Shown here: piece after piece, positions 19,514 to 28,381 of the stretch | Layout: each line of letters opens with the position of its first letter | Position numbering within the stretch: the stretch's first letter is position 1 | DNA from: a virus | Taxonomy: Duplodnaviria > Caudoviricetes | DNA: 57,019 nt | IMG/VR virus record: IMGVR_UViG_3300049004_000112 | Location: 1 to 57,019 of that record | Direction: 5' to 3' (one strand) | Notes under the pieces: model-generated | What the model saw: the letters and a program-made list of their open reading frames with translations, nothing else | Databases searched by the model: none | What the model was told of the DNA's origin: nothing | Program-made: the position numbers and the translations under genes

Positions 19514-19794
19514 AAGATGGCCTGCCTCACCTTGCGCGCCGCATGGAGGTCAGCCTGCTTCAACAGCGCAGGATCCGCAGGTTCGACCAGGCAGAGATCG
19601 ATGTAGCTGCGGATGACGTCGCTGTTCTCGACCACGAACGGAATCCCGCCCGGCGAAACCGCAACGGTGTAGGGGTCCTCGCGAGCAACGACCTCGTCGA
19701 AGGTCGGCTCCCGCAGCACGATCGCATTGAACATCGCGCCGTTCGGCCCCTTGATCGGTTTCTTCAAAGCAATCGAGACGTTCTCACCCATCAC
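19423..19794 (-). CDS. Tail assembly chaperone (Mu gp41/GpE-like)
   Basis: IALKKPI...IVLREPT...ILGFF; lies between tube and TMP. Confidence 0.85.
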   Translation of the reverse strand: MMGENVSIALKKPIKGPNGAMFNAIVLREPTFDEVVAREDPYTVAVSPGGIPFVVENSDVIRSYIDLCLVEPADPALLKQADLHAARKVRQAILGFFQPDAGEPAASGNSRTRSRSRASGGRA

Positions 19795-20183
19795 ACGGTC
19801 TCGTAGCTGTCGTAGGCGATCTCCAGGCCGGAGAGCTCGCCGGTTGAAAGGTTCTGCGCCGGGTCGCCCGTAAAGAACGCCCCGGTCATGAGGTGCTGCT
19901 TGCCGCGATTGTCGATCTCGGTGAAGGTAACCGGCAGATCGGTAATCAGCAGCAACCGCTCATCCCACTTCATCCGCGAGCCGTCCGGCGCAGTCAGCAC
20001 CGTATTGGCATCGAAGGTAATCGATGCCTTGCGCGGTTTCGGCGTCACGGTGCGGTACAGCGAACCGTCAGAATTGGACCCGGCCTCTACCGAGATGTTC
20101 GAGGCGTTGAGGTTGGTTTCGCCGCGCGCTGAATAGGGCACGCCGGCGACGACGATCGACACGCGCCCGCTGGTGGTGGTCAT
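19791..20183 (-). CDS. Tail tube protein (Mu-like)
   Basis: 130 aa directly after the sheath gene; beta-rich. Confidence 0.8.
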   Translation of the reverse strand: MTTTSGRVSIVVAGVPYSARGETNLNASNISVEAGSNSDGSLYRTVTPKPRKASITFDANTVLTAPDGSRMKWDERLLLITDLPVTFTEIDNRGKQHLMTGAFFTGDPAQNLSTGELSGLEIAYDSYETV

Positions 20184-20242
20184 TGGAGTTAGCTCCTGTA
20201 TGGCTTGATTGGGGAAAGCGAAGCGGCTGCCCTGCCCGGCAG

Positions 20243-21739
20243 TTACGCCGGGAATTGCAGGAAAGTCGTCGCGTTCGCCGCGAAGATGCGCAGCTGGTTG
20301 ATCACGTCGACCGGAAGGTAAGCATTGACCCGGTTCGGATCATTGGATCGCTCGACCACGAGGCGCTCGGCGAACAGGCCGGAATTCTCCACCAAGCCGC
20401 CGCGCTCCAGTTCCTTGTAGATGTGGATGCACTCGGCTTTCAGGGTCGCTACCGTCACGATCGTCGGCTTGTTGCCGGGATTGTCGTCGGCGAGCGAACA
20501 GCGCGAATAGTTCTGCGCGATGCGCTGGCGCATGTAGCGCACGAAGTAGACCATCTGCGCGCGGGTATCGACGTCGAGCCAGGTGATATCGGGCTGGCCC
20601 GCGGCATTGGTCTGATAGGTGGTGATCAGCCGGTCGATCCGCACCGTGCCGTCCGGGTCGACTGTGAAGCCGGAAATGCCATCCTGGTAGAGCTGCTGGC
20701 GCTGGGTTTTGGTGAACCAGTTGATCCGCGACTTCGGCGGCTTGAGGCCAACGAGCTCCAGCGTCTGCAGCGGTCGGCTGATCTGGTAGGCTTGGTCGAC
20801 GGATCCTGCGAGATTTTTCGCCTGCGCCACCGCCGCGCCGATCGCCGCCGCCCACACCCACGGCGGCGAAGATGATTCCACCACGCCCATGATTTCCGCG
20901 TTCGGATCGTTGCGGGCAGCACCGGCCGCGGCGAGGTTGCCGAACGTATCGAACAGCGCCGTGATATAGTTGCCGTAGGTTTGCTGCATCGGCGACCAGC
21001 GGTCCGCCAGGAACGCCTGGATGGCATTCAGCGAGGCTGTGTCGGCATAAGGCGCGGCGATCCAGTCGTATTCCTGATCGCCCAGCGCCGCGAGGCCGGC
21101 CGCCAGCGATGGCACCAGCGTGCCCGCCGTCGGCGCGGCGATGGTGAGATACTGCGCCAGCGGGCCTTCATTGCCGAGCAGGTCCTTGTCGACCGCGATC
21201 GCATTGCCCATCGTTCCGACATTGCGTGCGGTCAGCGACACGACATTGGCAGCCGCCGATGCGATAACCGGGAACGACAGCGCGCGGCCGAATTTGACAT
21301 AACCCTTGTTGATGGCGGCGACCAGGTTGGCCGCTACGTCGGAATTGGCATCGGCCGCCGCGACCGCAACCGAAACCGGCTCGCCCTGGATGTACACGGT
21401 GACCGCGCCGACACTGCCGAGAATGCCGACGCCGACCGTCACCGTCTTGATCGCCGCGACGCCGCCGGGATCGGCCAGCGGCAGCGCCCAGATTTCACCG
21501 AGCGGAAGTCCCTGCCGGGCATAGAGCGCCATGTCCGACAGCATCGAGCCGGCGCCGAACATCACGGTCGGATCGCCATCGATGCGGATCGGTGCATTGG
21601 CCGGCGCGGTGCCGGCGCCGGTCTTCTGCCCGATCAACAGCGTGCGGCTTGCGGCGAGATAAGGCGACTGCCCCGCATTGATCTCGAAGTAGGCAAAGGG
21701 CACGCGGATGTTCGAGGGAATCTGGTTGAAGGTGACCAT
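20243..21739 (-). CDS. Tail sheath protein (Mu gpL-like)
   Basis: FNQIPSNIRVP...LLIGQ...RLITTYQTN..G..D..WLD...INQLRIFA. Confidence 0.95.
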   Translation of the reverse strand: MVTFNQIPSNIRVPFAYFEINAGQSPYLAASRTLLIGQKTGAGTAPANAPIRIDGDPTVMFGAGSMLSDMALYARQGLPLGEIWALPLADPGGVAAIKTVTVGVGILGSVGAVTVYIQGEPVSVAVAAADANSDVAANLVAAINKGYVKFGRALSFPVIASAAANVVSLTARNVGTMGNAIAVDKDLLGNEGPLAQYLTIAAPTAGTLVPSLAAGLAALGDQEYDWIAAPYADTASLNAIQAFLADRWSPMQQTYGNYITALFDTFGNLAAAGAARNDPNAEIMGVVESSSPPWVWAAAIGAAVAQAKNLAGSVDQAYQISRPLQTLELVGLKPPKSRINWFTKTQRQQLYQDGISGFTVDPDGTVRIDRLITTYQTNAAGQPDITWLDVDTRAQMVYFVRYMRQRIAQNYSRCSLADDNPGNKPTIVTVATLKAECIHIYKELERGGLVENSGLFAERLVVERSNDPNRVNAYLPVDVINQLRIFAANATTFLQFPA

Positions 21740-21745
21740 CGGCGT

Positions 21746-21973
21746 TTATTCCTCTATGGGCGAGGCGGCGGCGAGCTTGTCCGGCGCAGGCGCAGGTTGC
21801 GGATCGGTTGATGTTTTCGGCGGCTCGGTTTCGACGACGTCTTTGCCGATGATCAGCCGCTCGTAATAGGTGTCACGCGGCACCAGCGCGCCGCTATCGG
21901 GCATCACCTGGCCGCCCCGTTCCGGCTGACGGATGCGAGCACCCTCGCTTGGCTTGACGTAGACCATGTCCAT
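21746..21973 (-). CDS. DUF2635 / Mu gp38-like protein
   Basis: YVKP..G..IRQPE...MP..G..VP...YYER....DV. Confidence 0.8.
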   Translation of the reverse strand: MDMVYVKPSEGARIRQPERGGQVMPDSGALVPRDTYYERLIIGKDVVETEPPKTSTDPQPAPAPDKLAAASPIEE

Positions 21974-21989
21974 CGGCTGATCTCTCTGT

Positions 21990-22760
21990 TTAGAGTTGCG
22001 GAAGGTCGACCGTGACCACGACTTCGCGGTCGTCCGGAGCTATCGTTTTCACGGCGTCGCCGGCGTCGGCGCGGAAATCAAACCCTTCAAGTGCTGTGCC
22101 GGCCGTGATCTGCGCCAGCTTCGCTGCCAGGGCGGCGCAGGTCACGCCGCCGGACGAATCCAGCGGCAGTAATTTGGCGACCGAGCGCAGCGGCTCCGGC
22201 AGTGCATCGAGCCCTACCGGCGCCGGCGCATTGACATCGAGCACCTCGATCGCATCGTCATTGACCCGGCAGCGCAGGGTCAATAGCCGCGAAGCGATCT
22301 TGACACCATCATCAGTTGCGGCGCGATGGCAGGCGCGATGCACGATACGCGCGAGCTGGCGAAACTTCACCGCGAACGGCGAAACCCCGATCGCGAGCTC
22401 GCGGATGCTCTGGAATTCCAAAAAATCCAGCGATGCTTCCAGCCGGGCATCAGTATCCGGCGCTTCGACCACATAGACCGAAGCCGCCGGGTTGTTCGGA
22501 TCGACATACTGCACGCGCGAGGCGATGGACAGTTCGAGATTGAGGTCGATCATGCGGTCGAACGGCGGTCCGCCATTCTGTTCCGAGAACGCCTCGCCAT
22601 CGTCGTCGTCGCAAATCACCATGATGACCGGCAGGCCATCCTCCGGAACGCTCTCCGGTGCCAGGTCCGCCAGGCGGCTGTCGTCAACCCGCCCGTCCGC
22701 GATCGTCCTGCCGGAAAGTGCTGCGACCGTGACCAGACGCAGCGCGGTGCGGGCCAGCAT
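21990..22760 (-). CDS. Putative tail terminator/completion protein
   Basis: Position between head-tail joining and sheath genes. Confidence 0.55.
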   Translation of the reverse strand: MLARTALRLVTVAALSGRTIADGRVDDSRLADLAPESVPEDGLPVIMVICDDDDGEAFSEQNGGPPFDRMIDLNLELSIASRVQYVDPNNPAASVYVVEAPDTDARLEASLDFLEFQSIRELAIGVSPFAVKFRQLARIVHRACHRAATDDGVKIASRLLTLRCRVNDDAIEVLDVNAPAPVGLDALPEPLRSVAKLLPLDSSGGVTCAALAAKLAQITAGTALEGFDFRADAGDAVKTIAPDDREVVVTVDLPQL

Positions 22761-22761
22761 G

Positions 22762-23157
22762 TCAGGCGGTCTTTCCGGTCAGGATGAACAAGGTGCGCGC
22801 GACGCCATCGGGCATCGGCCGCGCGATCTCATATTGAATGCCAGTCTTGAGGCGGGTGACGCGATCGCCGGTGACCACGGCCCATGGCAGCTTCGCGTTA
22901 TCGATCGACACGAACGGCTCGGTCACGACGTTGCGCTGCGCTTCGTTGTTCGCCGTGCCGCGCGCGCGCGGAAAGGCGGATTTTGCGGGATCGACATACC
23001 CGCCCACGGCCTCAAACTTCGGCCGCGCAATATCGAGCACCTTCGGCGATCCACGGTCGACCCCCGGCTTCATGGCAATGAAGGTGAACGTCTCGCCGTA
23101 GATCGTATCGACCGCCGCCGATGTCATCGCGGCGGCGGTCTCAAAGGGTGTCGGCAT
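22762..23157 (-). CDS. Head-tail joining protein
   Basis: Size, position, GDRV...YEI...PDG C-terminal motif. Confidence 0.65.
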   Translation of the reverse strand: MPTPFETAAAMTSAAVDTIYGETFTFIAMKPGVDRGSPKVLDIARPKFEAVGGYVDPAKSAFPRARGTANNEAQRNVVTEPFVSIDNAKLPWAVVTGDRVTRLKTGIQYEIARPMPDGVARTLFILTGKTA

Positions 23158-23176
23158 GATCGACCTTCAAACCTTG

Positions 23177-23200
23177 AGCCTGCGCCAATTGGCGCAGGCT
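23177..23200. repeat. 24-bp palindrome copy 1 (intergenic, after capsid gene)
   Basis: AGCCTGCGCCAATTGGCGCAGGCT. Confidence 0.95.
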
Positions 23201-23209
23201 TCACGATGA

Positions 23210-24226
23210 TTATGTTCGCCTGCCCTTAACGAGTGCCTTCGGCCGCGTACACAGCGACAGTGCGTTCATCTGGCTATCCAGATTGATGCCCTTATCGTTA
23301 TCCATGAGGTACTGTTTCATGTAGATGCGCTGGCCGATGGTATTGACCGTTTCGACATAGTCCGCGGGCGCGAAATAGGTGCGGAATAGGTTCGGAACGC
23401 CGAGCGGGAAGATGTGGCACTTATCGGTGTTGATGAACCCGGTGCCGCCCACGGCACCCCGGTAGTTCTCCCAGACGATGCCGCCGAACTCGAACGAGCC
23501 AAACGACATCCCGTTCATTACATACGCCTTGCGCAATTCGGCAGCAGCCGGATTGTTCAGGAAAGTGGCGCGAACTTCCGGATGCGCCAGCAAAGCGTCG
23601 AAGAACGCATCGCCGCACAGTGCGTGCAGTCCGGAGAAAGGAATACCACCCAGGTTATTCGAGACCTGACGAATGACGGCGGCAACCGCCTTACGCAAAA
23701 CGCCGGGCGCTGGATTCGCAGCGGCCAGATCGAAGTTGATTTCGGCGTCCTGCGCGATCCCGAACGCAGCGAACAGATCGGTCGTTGTCGTGTCGGCATA
23801 GGTGATCACGCCAATAACCGCGCCAATGCGCTGATATTCCAGCGTCACTTCATGGGAGGGCCGATGAATACCGATACGGTCGGCGACCACACCCATCACG
23901 GTCTGGAGTTGATTTTCCGTTCCCCAGGCGCGCACTCCCTGCACCTCATCGGCATAGATAGCGTCGTTGATCTCGAAGTGAGGGACGACGAACGGCCGCG
24001 CGGTCGCCTTGTTCTTGCCGAGCGTGTTGCCGGGGCCGCCGCGTGGCGTCGGCGGGATCAGGATCAGGTTGCCATCCTTTTCCTCCAGCACGATGGTGGT
24101 CGTTGTGACGCCCCGTTCGTTGAAGAGGCCCATTTGACCGAGCCGCCCGGGTGCGAACAGCGGCTTATTGATCGCGTCGGTGAGACTAACCACGCCGAAC
24201 GCATTGTTATTAAAGATGTCCAACAT
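23210..24226 (-). CDS. Major capsid protein (lambda gpE-type)
   Basis: FGVVSLTDAIN...GLF...LIPPTPRGGP...ADEVQGVRA...FAPADY.ETVNT...CTRP. Confidence 0.93.
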   Translation of the reverse strand: MLDIFNNNAFGVVSLTDAINKPLFAPGRLGQMGLFNERGVTTTTIVLEEKDGNLILIPPTPRGGPGNTLGKNKATARPFVVPHFEINDAIYADEVQGVRAWGTENQLQTVMGVVADRIGIHRPSHEVTLEYQRIGAVIGVITYADTTTTDLFAAFGIAQDAEINFDLAAANPAPGVLRKAVAAVIRQVSNNLGGIPFSGLHALCGDAFFDALLAHPEVRATFLNNPAAAELRKAYVMNGMSFGSFEFGGIVWENYRGAVGGTGFINTDKCHIFPLGVPNLFRTYFAPADYVETVNTIGQRIYMKQYLMDNDKGINLDSQMNALSLCTRPKALVKGRRT

Positions 24227-24324
24227 GGTTGGTTGGTCCTTCCGTTTGATTGAGGAACGACGTCAACAAATCGACGCCGCGGGGGAATTAGATGGAATTC
24301 AGTTCGAGAGGCCGATCCGGCTGG

Positions 24325-24990
24325 TTAGCGGATCATGATCATGCGCTTGCGCAGCTGATCGATGGCCTCCGCCTTTTGCGCAGCGGTGATGCCAGCCGGC
24401 CATTCGATGCACTTGCCGTTGACTTCGGCGCCGCGGACGATGGCGGAGATCTTTGTGGTGGTCGCGCCGTCATTGACGATCGGATAGATCGCAATTCCCG
24501 CGGCGTTCTGCGAACCATCCGCGCCGGCCGGATTGAGCGCGCCGTAAGTCAGGTCGGCCGGCGTCTCAATGCCAACACGAACCTTGAAGCTGTCGCCGAC
24601 GATAAAGTCTGCGGCGCCGTCGGCGATCGTCAGCTTGATCTCCTTGTCGAAGGCAACCGCTACGGTCAGCGGGCCGATCTCACGGCCATCCGGCGTTTGA
24701 ACGCTGAAGGTGCCGGCGTTCGCCGCAGCGGCCGTGCAGGTCAACAAGTAGTCGCCATCGACCGCAGCCTGGCTCGTCGCCGGGTTCGCCAGGGTCGCCA
24801 CGCCGTTGCCGGTGTTGGCGCCGATGATGATCGCGGCAGTCTCCGCGGCCACAATCGCCGCCGCACCAAGCACGGTGCCTACTAGGATGGTCTGCGAAAT
24901 GCCGATCAGCACATTTTCACGGGAACCGTGACCGTCCAGCTCGGTAAGGATGAACTCGCCCGGGTGCCGGGCCTCGGTGAAGGTTGTCAT
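24325..24990 (-). CDS. Head decoration protein (gpD-like) with internal insertion
   Basis: SRE....GTVLG...DGSQNAAGI...RGAEV motif. Confidence 0.85.
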   Translation of the reverse strand: MTTFTEARHPGEFILTELDGHGSRENVLIGISQTILVGTVLGAAAIVAAETAAIIIGANTGNGVATLANPATSQAAVDGDYLLTCTAAAANAGTFSVQTPDGREIGPLTVAVAFDKEIKLTIADGAADFIVGDSFKVRVGIETPADLTYGALNPAGADGSQNAAGIAIYPIVNDGATTTKISAIVRGAEVNGKCIEWPAGITAAQKAEAIDQLRKRMIMIR

Positions 24991-25055
24991 GTGTCAGGAT
25001 CCGTTCGTTCGGGGTTGGTGAGAGAAAAATGAATCGCGCGACCGCGCGGGGCGAC

Positions 25056-25523
25056 TTACGAAGCGATTTTCATCCCGCGCTTCGTCATGACCGTGTCCCA
25101 GGCGGCGCCGGTAGCGGCGGCATCCATCTGCTGGCCCGAGTTTTCATCCGCCGCGAGTTTCGGATCCGGCACGGAGCCATCGAGGCGCGACTGCGACTGA
25201 CCCTTTGGGGCGGCCTTGAGCATCGCAACCGCGGCATCGGCGGCCATGTTGCTGTCGAATGCGAGGTGCTGCGCCATGCCTTCGCGGCCCTTGGCTTCAG
25301 CGTGGCACAGGATTGTCTTCGCGCGGACATTGGCAGCGGCAGTCGCATCCGCGCCGATCTTGGTGGCATCGTTGCCGGCTTTTTGCAGGCCGACCTTCTC
25401 GCCCTCCGCAAGCGCCGCGGTGATTGCGCTTGAAAGCGCATCGCGAGACACGGAATCCTTTGCGTCCATGCTCAACCCAGCTGCCGCGTACACGGCCGCA
25501 AGCCCGGTCAATACCGTCGTCAT
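25056..25523 (-). CDS. Capsid scaffold-like protein
   Basis: RAKTILCHAEAKGRE..A..LA...M...AVAML resembles lambda Nu3/C C-terminus. Confidence 0.7.
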   Translation of the reverse strand: MTTVLTGLAAVYAAAGLSMDAKDSVSRDALSSAITAALAEGEKVGLQKAGNDATKIGADATAAANVRAKTILCHAEAKGREGMAQHLAFDSNMAADAAVAMLKAAPKGQSQSRLDGSVPDPKLAADENSGQQMDAAATGAAWDTVMTKRGMKIAS

Positions 25524-25576
25524 GTCAGTCTCCTTTTTTCAGGGTAAGAGGGACGCTGCGGTGCAGGGCCCGGGTG

Positions 25577-26503
25577 TCAACGCATCAGTGAAACGAATTG
25601 CGAAAAGGCTTCCGATGGACGGACCACGCCGTCTGCAATTCCTGCGGCGACCGCGTCAAAACCTCTGAAGCACTCGGCCTCGGTAGCCAGCGCCGCATCC
25701 TTCGTCAGACGCGCGCCGCGGTAGCGGCCAACAGCCGTCGCAAATTGCTCACGTCCGGCATCAAGACGCTTCTGAATGCGCACGGCCGTGTCGTCGGAAA
25801 GCGCCGCGAATGGATTGCCTTCCGCCTTCAACTTGCCCGACGACAACACGGTGACCTTGATGCCGTCTTTCTCGAGCTGCTTGGAGTAGTCGACATGCAT
25901 GGTGACCACGCCGATATTTCCGGCGTTGCCGTTCTCCGGCAGAACGATGTACCGGCACGCCGACGCCAACAGGTACGATGCTGAAAGCGAATTGTCGGTC
26001 AGGATGGCGAGCGTCGGCTTAACCTGCGAGAGCTCGTAGACGGCTTCGGCGAGATCGTAGACGCCGGAGCTGTCGCCGCCGAAACTATCCTGCTCAAACA
26101 CCACACCACGCACTGAATTGGAACTCGCCGCGGCCGCGACCCGGGTTTGCAAGCCCTCATAAGAAGTGCTGCCAGAATATGCGCCGAGGTAGCTTCCTTT
26201 GTGAACCAGCGTCCCCTCGACGGGGATCACAGCGACATTCTCGACCCTGAACAAAGTGTCGTCCGCCGCGTAACCGTTTTGCTGCAATCTCCGCATCAGC
26301 GGATCGCCGAGCCGGCCCATTTCATCGGACGCCCTGCCGTTGGCGAAGGCGACATGATCGATGGGCGCCGCGCCGCCGGACAATTCGACACCGCCGTCGA
26401 CGATCCGGCCGCCGATCCCCATCAGGATCGCGGCGGCCTTGCCGGGGTCAATCATCAACGTCGAATTGAAAACCCGCGCGGCGATCTCGGGACGCAGGAT
26501 CAT
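25577..26503 (-). CDS. Prohead protease, S49 family
   Basis: IPVEGTLV...TSY...DSFGG...SASYLLAS...GNIGV. Confidence 0.9.
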   Translation of the reverse strand: MILRPEIAARVFNSTLMIDPGKAAAILMGIGGRIVDGGVELSGGAAPIDHVAFANGRASDEMGRLGDPLMRRLQQNGYAADDTLFRVENVAVIPVEGTLVHKGSYLGAYSGSTSYEGLQTRVAAAASSNSVRGVVFEQDSFGGDSSGVYDLAEAVYELSQVKPTLAILTDNSLSASYLLASACRYIVLPENGNAGNIGVVTMHVDYSKQLEKDGIKVTVLSSGKLKAEGNPFAALSDDTAVRIQKRLDAGREQFATAVGRYRGARLTKDAALATEAECFRGFDAVAAGIADGVVRPSEAFSQFVSLMR

Positions 26504-28146
26504 TGACCCGGCCTCTTGTCGGCGGCTGCGTCGGCCGCAGCATCGTTGCCGGCATCACTCGGATCGGGCAGGAGTCCAGAGCCGGCAGAAATCGTCCGCG
26601 TTAACCTGCGAGCTTTCAGCATTTCTTCTTCATAGGCGACCTGATCAATCGTCTCTTCCCAGAAGAGACCCTGATCGGCGTTCTCGCTCTCGAGGGTCGC
26701 AGTCAGCGTCCCCATGCGAAGACTTGCACCCTGCGCTTCCTTGACCGGATCGACATAGCCGCGGCCTGGGCCGATCCAGCGGCCTCGCAGATAGGCACCG
26801 GGGAGGTCCCAAAAATCCGGAAGTCCCTTTGGGATAGCAACGTAGCCACGGTCGAACGCTTCTTCCATCACGGCGAGCCGAATGGGATCAGCTACCTGCT
26901 CGGTAAACGCCGCGGAGACAGTTCGAATGTGCCTCCAAACCTCGTTAAGAGCCGCCCGCGCGGAAGAATAATTGACCATCGACCAATCCCCCGCCAGCTG
27001 CTCGTATGAGATGCCAAGCGCGGAGGCGATCGACTGCAGAAACGCCGACTGGAAATCCGCAAAGGAAGTGGTGTTGCGCGATGCGTTGTTGATCTGGACT
27101 TCATCGCCGACCGGCATTACGGGAACGCGAACGCCGTTGAGCATCGCGGGATTTTGGGCATAATAATCCATCCGTTTGTCCGCGAAGGTCAGCGTTTGCG
27201 GCGTGAACGCCTGGTTGACGGCATCTACCGGCAACGACGACTTGACGAACGCCGCGAACAGCGCGTTCACAGTTGCCGACGCTAACTCTGTATCGGCAAA
27301 CTTGCCTATCATCCGCATGCGCTGTATCAGCGCCGCGAACGGCGTGATTGCGCGCGCCTGATCTTCCCGGTCCGGCTCGAAGCCGTGAATGAAGACTGGT
27401 CGGCCCCACTTCGTGCTACGCGGGATCCTCGTCCATGTCAGCGCGTTCGGACGGATGTCGAAATAGTCGCTCGGATGACCGTTGCGGACGTGATAGGCAA
27501 GCGGCTCGCCGTCAATATCGAACTCGACGCCAAGACGCATCGTTGCCGTTGTCGCGGCACCGTTCGGATTCGAGAGACGATCTGGATCAATCGCTCGGAC
27601 ACACGTGGAGTAACGCCCGCGATTTTTCCAACCCAACGAGGCTGTTGTCTCGCCGTTGATAACCCACGTGCGGCACAACAGCCGGAACATGCCGTTCATC
27701 GAAAGCCGGCGCTGCGCATCGCAACGCCGAAGAGGGTCTTCTGCAAAGGCGCGCCATTCGGCGTCCATTGCTGCGCCGAGTTCGCGGTTGACCTTGGCAT
27801 CCTCTGGCTTAAGAGGATCTAGACCCAGTGCACGCATATCCGGCTTCGATGACCATCGAAGACCGGGGCCGATGATCATGTCCACAAGCTTAGATACACC
27901 CGCGACGGCATGTGGATCGTTGCGCACCAGATCGCGAACCCGTGCAACGGAAAGATCGCGGTTTGGAATAATCGCAGCATCGGCCGACATGGTGGACGGA
28001 CGCCATGCCGCCAACTCCTGCGAATGGAAGGAGCCAGACCGAAACGGCGGCGTAAATGTTGCCGGCGTGAACGCCTGCGAGCGTATGCCGGCGATATAGG
28101 ACGCCGGCACCGGCGTGCCGCTGGCATCGAGGATCGCAGTCGTCAT
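26500..28146 (-). CDS. Portal protein, lambda family
   Basis: RVRDLVRND...GISYEQLAGDWS.VNYSSARAAL...VDPVKE. Confidence 0.95.
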   Translation of the reverse strand: MTTAILDASGTPVPASYIAGIRSQAFTPATFTPPFRSGSFHSQELAAWRPSTMSADAAIIPNRDLSVARVRDLVRNDPHAVAGVSKLVDMIIGPGLRWSSKPDMRALGLDPLKPEDAKVNRELGAAMDAEWRAFAEDPLRRCDAQRRLSMNGMFRLLCRTWVINGETTASLGWKNRGRYSTCVRAIDPDRLSNPNGAATTATMRLGVEFDIDGEPLAYHVRNGHPSDYFDIRPNALTWTRIPRSTKWGRPVFIHGFEPDREDQARAITPFAALIQRMRMIGKFADTELASATVNALFAAFVKSSLPVDAVNQAFTPQTLTFADKRMDYYAQNPAMLNGVRVPVMPVGDEVQINNASRNTTSFADFQSAFLQSIASALGISYEQLAGDWSMVNYSSARAALNEVWRHIRTVSAAFTEQVADPIRLAVMEEAFDRGYVAIPKGLPDFWDLPGAYLRGRWIGPGRGYVDPVKEAQGASLRMGTLTATLESENADQGLFWEETIDQVAYEEEMLKARRLTRTISAGSGLLPDPSDAGNDAAADAAADKRPGQ

Positions 28147-28165
28147 GCTGTTTCAGATTTCCAGG

Positions 28166-28381
28166 TTAGAAGATGAAGCCGACAGCGCCGCGGTGCGGTC
28201 GCACGGCGATCCGCTGCTCCAGCTCGGCGATGTAGGCATCGAGCCGGTCAGCATTCGCCGCCGTGAACTTGGTACGCTGCTGCCCGCCGGCGCCGCCGAA
28301 GTCGCATTCGACGATGCCCTGCCCCATCAACAGCTGATGGCGTGCAACGCGGGCCGCATCGAGCATCTCCTGGTCGGTCAT
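28166..28381 (-). CDS. Head completion protein gpW
   Basis: LDAARVARHQLLMG...FTAAN..RLDAYIAELE. Confidence 0.85.
   Translation of the reverse strand: MTDQEMLDAARVARHQLLMGQGIVECDFGGAGGQQRTKFTAANADRLDAYIAELEQRIAVRPHRGAVGFIF

Noticed and set aside
23177-23200. Palindrome as a simple terminator after the capsid gene
   Set aside because: No loop or U tract, and near-identical copies occur inside coding sequences
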